NCBI RefSeq assembly: GCF_004010195.1 | Contig: NC_057749.1 | Location: forward strand, 22,724,451 to 22,744,450 | Source of the DNA: Chiloscyllium plagiosum | Lineage: Eukaryota | DNA: 20,000 bases | Reading direction: 5' to 3' | Shown: piece after piece, positions 1 through 8,762 of the stretch | How positions within the stretch are numbered: position 1 is the first letter of the stretch | Layout: every line of letters starts with the position of its first letter | Position numbers and translations under genes: made by a program | The notes under the pieces: generated by a model | Databases searched by the model: none | What the model saw: the letters and a program-made list of their open reading frames with translations, nothing else | What the model was told of the DNA's origin: nothing

Positions 1-250
1 AGATTTAAAAGAGACCTGAGGCGCAAGGTTTACACGTGTGTGTATAGAATGAGCTTCCAGAGGAAGTGGTGGAGTCTGGTATATTACAGCATTTAAAAGG
101 CATCTGGATGGTTATATGAATCGGAAGAGTCTAGAGGGATATGGGCCAAGTGCTGGCAAATGGGAGTAGGTTAATTTGGGATATCTGGTCAGCATGGATG
201 AGTCAGACCGAAGAGTCTGGTTCTGTGCTGTACATCTCTGTGACTGTATG
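1..250 (+). mobile_element. CR1/HER1-type LINE 3' end (ORF2 tail, 3'UTR, short tandem tail)
   Basis: Colinear with 11420-11690 (gagacct...gaatgagctnccagaggaagtngtggag...gggatanctggtcngcatgga...ctctntgact). Confidence 0.85.
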
Positions 251-494
251 GCATATATGCTGCCAGCTGTGACTCCTGACACTGAGAAATGGCAAATTCC
301 TGTAAATATCCAGAGCATGTTCCTAAATGGGGATGGAACAGGTCAGGCAAGAAGAGAGAAGTGTGTTGGTTGCTAGGTGACAGGCAGACCTGAATGTCAA
401 AGCCACTGGTTTGGGGTTTATGTGGTGGGGGAGGGGTGGGGATGGACAGGGAGGAGCACATACCATCCAGCCGCTGGTGCCACCGCTGATCTTG

Positions 495-678
495 CACTCC
501 CTCCCTAAGCTATGTCACCTTTCTGCATCTATCACTCCTTCTAAGATGCTTTTCAGAACCTACATTTTTGACTGAGGTTGTGGTACCCAAGCAAATACCC
601 CTCAGTAACTCAGTGTCACTGTTTGGCTGATCTTATCTCTGTGAGGCATCTTTGGATGTTTTAGATTGTTGTACAAAT
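495..678 (+). mobile_element. Degraded L2-like LINE 3' end
   Basis: ctgtgaggcatctttggatgtttta...gtacaaat resembles the L2-type tail (ctgtgaagcgccttgggatgtttt...tataaat); recalled similarity only. Confidence 0.4.
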
Positions 679-1006
679 GGTGAGGTGATGGCCTAGTGAT
701 ATCATCTCTCGACCTATCAACCCAGGAAATGGGTTCGAATCTTACCGCAATGGAGTTTGAATTCAATATTAATTTGGAATTAATGGTGACCACGAGCCTG
801 TTATTGGTTGTTGGGGGTAACAGCCCATCTGATGTGCTAAAATCCTCAGGCAAGGAACCTGCCATCCTTACCTGGGCTGGCCTACATGTGACTCCAGACC
901 CACAAAAATGTTGTTGATTCTTAACTGCCTTGTGGGCAGTTCGCATTGGGCAATAAATGCTGGCCTAACCAGCAATGCCCATACCCTACAATTGAATTTT
1001 AAAAAA
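679..1006 (+). mobile_element. tRNA-derived SINE (non-HE1 chondrichthyan family), copy 1
   Basis: A box TGGCCTAGTG (689-698), B box GGTTCGAATC (732-741), A-rich end; homologous to 2148-2484 (ggcctacatgtgactcca, taaatg tail). Confidence 0.85.
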
Positions 1007-1074
1007 GACCAGCAAATGTTGTTGTCAGTCTGGGATGTGACTTGCCTCTCATGACGTAACAATTTAAAAAGTTA

Positions 1075-1182
1075 ATTTTTTTTTTGGTTGACTGTGGGAT
1101 GTAAGCATCACTGGCTGGGCTAGCATTTATTGCCCACCCCTAGTTGCCCTTGAGAAGGTAGGGGTGAGCTGCTTTCATGAAC
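1075..1182 (-). mobile_element. 3' end of a LINE sharing its tail with the 679-1006 SINE
   Basis: Reverse complement reads ...cttctcaagggcaactaggggtgggcaataaatgctagcccagccagtgatgcttacatccca...poly-A. The tail matches SINE 947-990 but the upstream part differs from the SINE body. Confidence 0.6.
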
Positions 1183-1483
1183 ATTCCAGAAATTATTGAT
1201 TGACAAATGATATAAGAACAAGAATTATACTGCCTTTCAGGTCAGGTAACAGCTGTCCACTCTACTTTTCTGCTCTCTATGTTGTGAGCTCAAAGAGTTT
1301 ATTAGCTGCTGATTATTCAGACACATTTTCTATCATGAACTTGAATCTCCTACTCCAACTTGAACTTGACAAGAGCCATCACTGACATCAAATCAATGAA
1401 ATGAAATCATTAAAAGAGTGCAGAATACTCTTAGTTAAAAATCACACAATACCAGGTTATAGTCCAACAGGTTTATTTGGAAG

Positions 1484-1518
1484 CACTAGCTTTCGGAGCG
1501 CTGCTCCTTCATCAGGTG
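1484..1518 (-). ncRNA. Minimal type I hammerhead ribozyme, identical antisense copy
   Basis: Exact reverse complement of 1587-1621. Confidence 0.85.
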
Positions 1519-1586
1519 GTTATGGAGTATAAGATGGTAAGAGACCATCTTATACTCCACAGTCTTACCATCTTATACTCCACAAC

Positions 1587-1621
1587 CACCTGATGAAGGA
1601 GCAGCGCTCCGAAAGCTAGTG
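1587..1621 (+). ncRNA. Minimal type I hammerhead ribozyme, intact core
   Basis: cac-CUGAUGA-a-GGAGC(agc)GCUCC-GAAA-GC-UA-gug: stem I cac/gug, 5-bp stem II, palindromic AGCU in place of stem III; predicted cleavage after A1618. Confidence 0.85.
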
Positions 1622-2147
1622 CTTCCAAATAAACCTGTTGGACTATAACCTGGTGTTGTGTGATTTTTAACTTTGTACACCCCAGTCTAAAACCAGCACC
1701 TTCAACTTCAGAATATTCTTGGTCAACCTGAAACCTCTTGGCAAACATTGACCCGGAAGCAGTTTGAACAGGAAGAAAGTTAAAATTTGGAGGCTGTGTT
1801 GTAGATAGACAGACACTGAGAGAGGAGAGGAGATGAGGTACCAGAACGATATGTGCCAATATGTGGGAAATTCCATGGATGGAACCCTGTATACTTGGAA
1901 ACTGTAGCCAGAAGGCAATTGACTAATCTTTTAAAAGAAAGCAATGGAATTCTGCTTGGAAGAACAGTATGGCTGAAACTACCACCCTACAGGAAGAGTG
2001 GACTACCTACTATCTCTGTGACAAACCTCTTTGTTTGATCCATTTCTAATTTGTGATTTAATCCATGTTAAATTTGTATTGATTCTGATGTATGTTGAAG
2101 TTAAAGCAAGTGAAATCTTGGGTGATTCGGTTCATTTGTGCATAATT

Positions 2148-2484
2148 AGGGAAAGTAATGGTCTGGTAACATTATCACTGGACTATTAATTCAGAGAACT
2201 AGGTAACATCCTGGGGACCTGGGTTTGCAGATGGTAGAATTTGTATTGAATAAAAAAATCCGGAATTAAGTCTAACGCTAACTGTGAAACCATTGTCAAT
2301 TGTCAGGAAAAACCCATCTGGTTCACTATTGTCATTGAGGGAGGGAAACTGCCGTCTTTACCTGGGGTCAGGCCTACATGTGACTCCACACCCACAACAA
2401 TGTGGTTGACTCTTAAACTGCTCTCCAGACAATTAGGGATGGGCTATAAATGTTGACCTAGACAGTGACATCCTGAAAAAAAAA
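2148..2484 (+). mobile_element. tRNA-derived SINE (same family as 679-1006), copy 2
   Basis: Colinear with copy 1 (cccatctg, ctgccntc.ttacctggg, ggcctacatgtgactcca); poly-A end. Confidence 0.85.
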
Positions 2485-2578
2485 TTGTCTTATAGATCCC
2501 TAATGGGGATTGTGGTAATGGTTAAAATACAACCTCATTAGCTCATTTACTGGCCACACAATCACACTGAGATTCCAA

Positions 2579-2751
2579 TCTAGGTCGAGAGTGTGGTGCT
2601 AGGAAAGCACAGCAGGTCAGGCAGCATCCGAGGAGCAGGAAGATCAACGTTTCAGGCATAAGCCCTTCTCTTGCTCCTTGGATGCTGCCTGACCTGCTGT
2701 GCTTTCCCAGCACCACACTCTCGACTCTGATCTCCAGTCCTCCCTTTCTCC
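2579..2751 (+). mobile_element. PLE-derived self-inverted mini-element with perfect 12-bp TSD
   Basis: Arms 2584-2640 / 2669-2725; loop holds a truncated minus-strand HHR (agaaGGGCttatGCCTgaaacgtt); TSD ctgagattccaa at 2567-2578 and 2752-2763. Confidence 0.85.
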
Positions 2752-2981
2752 CTGAGATTCCAAACAAGCCAAGTTCGCCAACTCTAACGAAACTACTGCA
2801 GCAACAGAAGTGATGAGACTCGATCCAGATTACAATTTGAAATAACGCTATGATTTTCCCTGACAAATGAGTCAACTTTGTTTCTCCAGCGCTGAATTTA
2901 TAAATGGAACCAAACACGGCTCTCTCCTTTTCAGCTCTCCCCTTTCCAAAGACCTCTCAGGCATGAAAGATGGGTTTTGTG

Positions 2982-2995
2982 TGACCTTATGACCT
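2982..2995 (-). promoter_or_regulatory. Perfect DR2 nuclear-receptor element (AGGTCA-ta-AGGTCA)
   Basis: Plus strand TGACCT-TA-TGACCT; AP-1 TGAGTCA at 2868-2874; surrounding DNA is not recognisably repetitive. Motif only, function untested. Confidence 0.4.
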
Positions 2996-3609
2996 GTCTC
3001 ACAATCCACAAGTACCAAATAATGCTAAGAAGCTCTGGCATGACATGAATATTGCTCTTCTTCAGAGAGTGCTTTACCGTCTGTGTTGAAAATGTGGTGA
3101 GACGGTTTGCTATTTTGGGTGGTGTGTTGATATTATACAGTAACCTTGTGACCAACCACAGACTATTTTCCTGTAAAACTGCAAGGATAGTTTCATAAAC
3201 ACCTTTGAAGTGTTCTCCAATGCCTCAGTCAGGTGTCAAGTTTTCTCCGAAATTGACAAAATAAAAAGCCACATCGTAAGTGCTGCAAAAAAAAAAAATT
3301 TCCAAAAGCTTTTGAAATCCTTCAGTAGCTCTGTGTTGTAACTCATTACTGGCAACAAGACATTTGGGGAATGAAGGACATTTCAGTTTGAGGGAGGTTT
3401 ATGTTGCATTTCAGTATCAGTGAAGGATTTGGAAAAATCTCTCGATCCTTCCCAACTGCAAATGTAAGACCCACAGGTAAATCAGAAACATTTACAATAC
3501 CAGCTTACACAATGACTGCCCTTTGATCTGTTGTGGGTCGACTGTGCTCTGGGAACAGAAGCCACAAAGACTTGTCAAGAAATTAAGCTTTCAGAACCGC
3601 ACGGGTATG

Positions 3610-3715
3610 CCAAAGTACTTTTCAATGTTACTTTTCAAATGTACTTCATAGGGCACAGAAAGAGTCTGCACACAGCAACAGGGATCAGATCAATTTGTCT
3701 TTGGTGATGTTAATT
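3610..3715 (-). mobile_element. Old DeuSINE (AmnSINE/SacSINE1-like), left part
   Basis: tgcacacagcaa...gatcagat...ttggtgatgttaatt joins aaggataaac...ggggagaac at 5011 to give a Deu-domain-like sequence (recalled similarity). Confidence 0.5.
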
Positions 3716-3936
3716 AAAACATGGGAGTAGGCCATTCAGCTCATCAAATCTGCTCTACCATTCAATGAGATAGTGGTTGATCCTCAAGCCTACCTTCCTG
3801 CTTTTCCCCATTACTCTACATTCTCCTGAATGATCAAAAATCTATCAGCCTTGGTGACCCAGCCGCAACAGGCACCTGCAGTAAGGAATTCTGCGCATTC
3901 ACTACGCTTTGAGAAACGGAGTTGCTCCTCATCTCC
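3716..3936 (-). mobile_element. CR1 LINE 3' end, resumes at 4646-4791
   Basis: ggagtaggccattcagc...ccattcaatgagat is the reverse complement of a CR1 3' terminus; ctcctcatctc (~3925) / ctcctatctc (~4641) flank the inner insertion. Confidence 0.75.
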
Positions 3937-4645
3937 AGCAGACCTTTGACAAGGTGCCGCACAGGAGGCTGTTAAATAAGATAAGAGTCCATGGTGTTAG
4001 GGACAAGGTACTGGCATGGATTGGCTGACTGGCAGAAGGCAGAGTGTGGGGATAAATGGTCTTTTTCAGGATGGCAGCTAGTGGCTAGTGTGGTTCCACA
4101 GGGGTCTGCCTTGGGACCACAGCTATTGATGTTATACATGAACAATCTGGGCGAAGGAACTGAGGGTATTGTTGCTAAGTTTGCAGATGACACAAAGATA
4201 GGTGGAGGGACAGGTAGTGATGGGAAAGCAGGGAAGCTGCAGAAAGACCTGGAAAGGCTAGGACAGTGGGCAAAGAAGTGTAAGATAGAAGACAGTGTGG
4301 GAGAGTGTGAGGTAGGAAGAATAGAGGCATAGGCTATTTTCTAGAAAAGCTTTGAAAATCTGAAGAGTGGACGTGAAGGTGTTTCCACCAGTAGGGAAAG
4401 ACTAGGACCCGACGGCATGGACTCAGAGTGAAGAGACAACCCTTTAGAACTGAGATGAGGAGGAATTTCTCCAGCTAGGGAATGTGTGGAACCCGTCGCC
4501 ATCATGGAAGCTGTGTAACTGAGTGTATTTGAGCTGAGATGGATAGGTTCTTGATTAGTGAGGGGATCAAGGGCTACAGGGAGAAGGCAGAAAAATGGGG
4601 TTGAGAAATATATCAGCCATGATCAAATGGTCTAATTCTGCTCCT
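3937..4645 (+). mobile_element. 5'-truncated, internally deleted CR1 LINE (RT fragment plus 3'UTR)
   Basis: ORF 3991-4332 contains VPQGSALGPQLL and KFADDTK; jumps to the ORF2 end near 4365; terminates aattctgctcctat. Confidence 0.9.
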
Positions 4646-4791
4646 ATCTCTGTCTTGAAACTGCAACTCCTTCCTTTAATATTATGCTCTCTGGCTTTAG
4701 ACTCTCTCACAGGTGAAAGCAACCTTTCCACATCTACCCTCCAAGAATCTTGCATATTTCAATAAGGCAACCCCTTGTTCTTCTACGTTCG
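4646..4791 (-). mobile_element. Continuation of the minus-strand CR1
   Basis: Minus ORF 4567-4755 (RVDVERLLSPVRESKAREHNIK) matches the CR1 ORF2 C-terminal pattern. Confidence 0.7.
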
Positions 4792-5013
4792 AATCTGCTC
4801 TACCATTCAATGAGATAGTGGTTGATCCTCAACCCAACTTCCTGCTTTTCCCCATTACCCTGCATTCTCCTGAATGATCAAAAATCTATCAGCCTTGGTG
4901 ACCCAGCCTCAACAGGCACCTGCAGTAAGGAATTCCGCGCATTCACTACCCGTTGAGAAACTGAGTTGCTCGTCGTCTCCAGCAGACCTTTGACAAGGTG
5001 CCTGTTAAATAAG
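4792..5013 (+). repeat. Direct duplication of 3747-3980
   Basis: Near-identical over ~220 bp, including the CR1(-)/CR1(+) junction tctcc|agcagacctttgacaaggtgcc; copy 2 lacks ~11 nt (gcacaggaggc). Confidence 0.9.
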
Positions 5014-5130
5014 GATAAACGGTAAGAATTCCGGGGAGAACCTCCCTTCATCTCCAAATAATGCTATGAGACTATCTGACAGAGCAAAATAGGTTCTCAG
5101 TTAAATGTCTCATGGACCTTCAAGTATCTG
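5011..5130 (-). mobile_element. Old DeuSINE, right part
   Basis: ggataaa...ccggggagaacctccc...aaataatgctatgaga...ctcagttaaatgtctcat resembles the Deu core. Confidence 0.5.
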
Positions 5131-5149
5131 AGACCAGTTTCAACAGCAG

Positions 5150-5360
5150 GGAAATGGAAATGGAACAATGTATTGGATCAGTTGGACTAAATGCAATGAA
5201 ATTTTATGTGATAGAAAAGTTCCCTAAAACTGAAAGGAAGGAATTACAAGACTGTTTGAGGCTGGTCATATATCATGCAGAAACATGGGAAATATCAAGA
5301 AGAGGTGAACCACGTCTTTACTAATAAGAAGTGGAAGTTTGGATTGTTGTGTGGGTTAAA
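5150..5360 (+). mobile_element. Possible ancient RTE-clade LINE fragment
   Basis: ORF 5112-5324 ...DCLRLVIYHAETWEI resembles the RTE post-RT motif (VR..L.YG.ETW). Confidence 0.35.
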
Positions 5361-5387
5361 AAGCAAGGATAATTGTCAGATTTTTCT

Positions 5388-5535
5388 TCAGAAGAACAAT
5401 GATTTCTAGTCATGCCAAACTCAGAATGTTATCTCAGCTTATCTCTCTCTACAGATGTTACCAGATCTGCTGCGTGCCCCCAGCATTCTCCTTGGCTTGT
5501 TGTAGATTTCCAGCATCTGCAACATTTGCTTTCAC
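5388..5535 (+). mobile_element. Degraded PLE pLTR fragment
   Basis: ctctctctacagatgttaccagatctgctg...gatttccagcatctgca matches 8350-8430 and 19255-19335. Confidence 0.6.
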
Positions 5536-5558
5536 GTTATTGCAGTGATTTATAGAAA

Positions 5559-5640
5559 TGGGAGATGGTGGCATAGTGGCACGACTACTGTAGGAGCCTA
5601 ACCTAACACTCTGAAAGTGCGGGGTCAGATCCTACCATTG
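5559..5640 (+). mobile_element. Degraded tRNA-SINE head, apparently resuming after 6008
   Basis: A box tggcatagtgg, B-like ggtcagatcc; cattgg flanks the inserted HE1 (5636-5641 / 6008-6013). Confidence 0.5.
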
Positions 5641-6008
5641 GGCAGCAGTGGTTAGCACTACTGCCTTCCAGTGCCAGCGACCTGGGTTTGATTCCACCCT
5701 CAGGTGACTGTCTATCTGGAGTTTAACATTCTCCCTGTGTCTGCATGGGTTTTCATGGGGGCCCTGGTTTCATCCCACAGTCCAAGCATGTGCAGGTTAG
5801 GTGGATTGGCCATGGGAAGTTGCCCATAATGTCCAAGCGTGTGCAGGTTAGGTGGATTAGCCGTGGGAAGTTGCCCATAATGTCCAAGCGTGTGCAGGTT
5901 AGGTGGATTAGCCACGGTTGGTGGTTGGTGGTTCTGGGTGGCGTGCCCTTTGAAGGGTTTGGTATTGGCTGAATGGCCTGCTTCCACACAGTAGGGATTC
6001 TATGATTC
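5641..6008 (+). mobile_element. HE1-type V-SINE with internal 51-bp tandem expansion
   Basis: tRNA head (cagtggttagcactactgcc, gggtttgattcc), V-domain (acattctccctgtgtctgcatgggttt), HER1-like tail gggattctatgattc. Confidence 0.9.
5780..5916 (+). repeat. 51-bp tandem repeat, ~2.7 copies
   Basis: Units begin at 5780, 5831 and 5882 (gtccaagcntgtgcaggttaggtggattngcc...gggaagttgcccataat). Confidence 0.95.
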
Positions 6009-6974
6009 ATTGGAGTTGATGAATTTAAGTTCAAGCAGTGGAAAGCTAATATCAATACTGGGGAAATATCTGTCAGCATACGGTATTACGGCTGACTGTT
6101 GGCTGTCTGCTAATGTGCCCTATAGTGGTTTACTCAAGGTATACTATCCGGGCATAGAAAGACTACAACAATCCAAAATGTTGGAACAGCAATATTTTCT
6201 CAAGGCCAATTAACTTCCTCATCAGCAATACTCAGCCTCCTTTCCCAGTGAGAGAATATGTTTTTTTTTTTAGATGCAATGTTCATTTCAAAACAATGGA
6301 GTTTTTTTTCTGGTATTCTTGCAATTTTAGACATCTTAGAAATGAAAAGAGGAAAATGGTGGAACTGTTCAGCAGGTCTGGTAACAGAAGTGAGGAGAAA
6401 AAAAAACAACCAAAGTTGTAGGTTGGGGAGCTTTTTCAGAATTCTGTCAAAAGCTCAGTGCTGCCTTGATCAGGGTACAGAAAGGTGCATGCAAGGTTTA
6501 CAGCTCGGTGAAAGAAAATAAAAGCTTACACTCCTGTAGTACCTTACATAACCTTAACATCTCAAAGCATTTTCCAACCAGTGAAGAGGTTCTGAGCTGT
6601 GGTTGTACGTGTTATGTCGAGAAATGCAGCAGCTATTTTGCATGTAAACCCACGACTGCTTTAAATTGAAAGCTGAACGTGTTACCAGTTGAACCCAACC
6701 TGATGCATAAAGAACGGATGGACAAGAAATTTTGGATGATAAACTATCCAAAGACTTTATACATTTTAATTTGATGATTTCTCCTTTTGTTTTAGTTTCA
6801 GGGAATAGAAACACATTCTCCTAACGGAGCAGCCTTCTCATCCCAGAATCAAAATCAAAAGAACTCCCGTTTCAATTCCTCCAAACAAATAGGCCTTAGG
6901 TAAAGAGGCCAGAAACATGCAATGTTTTCCAGATATGCTCTCGTCAAAGTCCCACATGATTTCCTCACTTAAAT

Positions 6975-7062
6975 TGGAGTAGCTAGGTCTATTCACCTTA
7001 GAAAATGATATGATTGAGATGGGATTTGATAGAGGTGTTCAAAATCACAAGAGATTTAGATA
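6975..7062 (+). mobile_element. Old CR1 fragment, left part (resumes at 8434)
   Basis: Translates LRWDLIEVFKITRDLD (compare LRGDLVEVYKIMRGMD at ~11306-11353). Confidence 0.7.
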
Positions 7063-7330
7063 CTTCACTTCAACACACAAACTTTTCCCTCACCAACATC
7101 TCTATCTTAGGCTTGCTGCAGTGCTCCAGCGAAGCAAAGCTCACGCTGGAAGAACAGCATCTCGTTTTCCACTTGGGAACTCTACAGCCTTCTGGGCTCA
7201 ATACTAAGTTCAACAATATTAGGGCTTGAGGCACCTTCTCCCTTGTCCTTGCTCCAACCCCCACACACCACGCCTTGTTTTCACATGGTTTGCTATTACG
7301 CACAATTATTGTTAGCCACTAATTGTTTAT

Positions 7331-8143
7331 CATAGAATCACAGAATCCCTACAGTGTGGAAGCAGGCCTTTTGGCCCAACAGGTCCACATTGACACTCCG
7401 ACAAGTAATCCTCTCAGACCCATTCCCCTACCCAATTACTCTACATTTACCCCTGACTAACTCACCTAACTGTTTTAAAAAATTCTCAAGGTCAGGTTCG
7501 TAGGAGAGTAGTCTGACACAGAACAAACGACCAAGAGGCGAGTCTGCTAGAATATGGGCATTTTATTCCCCGCAGCGTCGCCACAACGGTCTGGCTTATA
7601 CTCACTCTACATGTTACCGGAACTGGGAGCCGTCAGTTCTCGTAGAGCGGTTGCCAACAACCCACGCTCGGCGGTTAAACGTAACCCCGGAGCAGACTCA
7701 CCGAACTGGAGACTTTTCCAGCTGATATACTCTTTTCCAGATATAAACATTCATGTGAACAGCAGAGCAAGGCTAAAAAACACATTCCATTCTGGTTACA
7801 TACAGATAAGAAGATTCACACGGGGAGGTGTGTAATAAGATTCACACGGGACTAAGCAACACCTCCATTCCGGTTAGATTCACACATGTATTGGGACATA
7901 ATTTTTAACCGTTTCACCACACTAACCTACACATCCCTGAACACTACGGACAATTTAACCTGGTCAATTCACCCTGACCTGCACATTTTTGGACTGTGAG
8001 AGGAAACCGGAGCACCCCGAGGATACTCACACAGACACAGGAAGAATGTGCAAATTCCATACAGAAAGTCACCTGAGGCTGGAATTGAACCTGGATTCCT
8101 GGCGCGGTGAGGCAGTGTGCTGACCATTGAGCCACCGTGCTGC
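7331..8143 (-). mobile_element. HE1-type V-SINE split by a solo LTR
   Basis: Tail at 7331-7470, body and head at 7922-8143 (reverse complement ggcagcacggtggctcaatggtcagcac...caggttcaattcc). Confidence 0.9.
7471..7921 (-). mobile_element. Solo LTR (451 bp) of an LTR retrotransposon or ERV
   Basis: TG...CA termini; exact 5-bp TSD ctaac (7466-7470 / 7922-7926); minus-strand AATAAA at 7562-7567; U3-like repeats aagattcacacggg (7811, 7837, partial 7876); CpG-rich. Confidence 0.85.
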
Positions 8144-8433
8144 CATTAATAGATAATCGTTGTCCCAGGCTGATCATTATCCACTCCTTTGTCTGACAAT
8201 TGTTCTTCTCTCTCTTTGGGCTGTGCCTCCACCTATTGTTTGCTCCTTACCCCCTCCCCCAACCCTATCTTCTGTGTCAAAACCAACTTTTTTCTAGCTA
8301 CCATCAGTTCTGAGGAGGGCTCACTGGACCTGAAACTTTAACTCTGATTTCTCTGCACAGGTGCTGCCAGACCTGCTGAGCTTTCCAAGTAATTTCCATT
8401 TTGTTTCTGATTTCCAGCATCTGCAGTTCTTTC

Positions 8434-8762
8434 GGGACTTAGACAGTGTTGATAAGGTGGAACTGTTCCACTTGGAAGGATTGAGAACATGAGGACACTC
8501 AGTGATTGAGAGAACTACAAACGTTGAGCCCACATGAGAGAAAGTTCTTGTAAACGACAACTGATTGGGATGTGGGATGTTGTCTTTGGGTTGTGTGGCT
8601 GAGTAGACACAATTGGAGCTTCCAAAGGGAATCAGAACAGCATCTGAAAATAAAACATTTGTCGGGTGAAGGAGAAAGGATGGGGGCTGAGTTGATCTTG
8701 CTCGAGAGATGGCATTGACTCAGTGCAACAAATGGTCTCCTTCGCCGCTGGAACCATTCTGA
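8434..8762 (+). mobile_element. Old CR1 fragment, right part to 3' end
   Basis: gataaggtggaactgttcc...agaacatgaggacac...aaatggtctccttc...aaccattct; highly diverged CR1 ORF2 end and 3'UTR. Confidence 0.6.

Larger units (their letters stand above)
1433..1708 (+). mobile_element. Penelope-like pLTR-derived self-inverted mini-element with 12-bp TSD
   Basis: Arms 1433-1542 and 1563-1672 are reverse complements (108/110); unpaired tail 1673-1708; TSD cagaatactctt (1421-1432) / cagaatattctt (1709-1720); HHR motif and AATAAA (1628-1633) in the arm. Confidence 0.9.
7063..8433 (+). mobile_element. 5'-truncated Penelope-like element (GIY-YIG C-terminus plus pLTR), interrupted at ~7331-8143
   Basis: ISILGLLQCSSEAKLTLEEQHLVFHLGTLQPSGLNTKF* is the PLE endonuclease C-terminal motif; degenerate HHR at 8307-8342; degenerate TSD gagatttagata (7051-7062) / gggacttagaca (8434-8445). 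Confidence 0.8.

Noticed and set aside
679..745. tRNA gene
   Set aside because: A and B boxes belong to a SINE head; no cloverleaf, and it continues into the SINE body.
1433..1672. MITE (DNA transposon) or pre-miRNA
   Set aside because: An asymmetric 36-nt tail lies inside the TSD, the TSD is long, and the HHR/pLTR content points to Penelope retrotransposition.
1721..2566. Old LTR remnant around SINE copy 2
   Set aside because: Only a vague compositional resemblance; no definable termini or TSD.
2881..3100. Coding exon after polypyrimidine-AG acceptors (2890, 2934) with a donor near 3096
   Set aside because: From the 2934 acceptor all three frames hit stops, and no recognisable protein results.
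3747..5013. LTR retrotransposon (direct repeats flanking RT)
   Set aside because: The repeats lack TG...CA, PBS and PPT, are made of CR1 pieces, and the RT is non-LTR type.
5780..5916. CRISPR-like array or repeat protein
   Set aside because: Contiguous units without unique spacers, inside a eukaryotic SINE; no cas genes.
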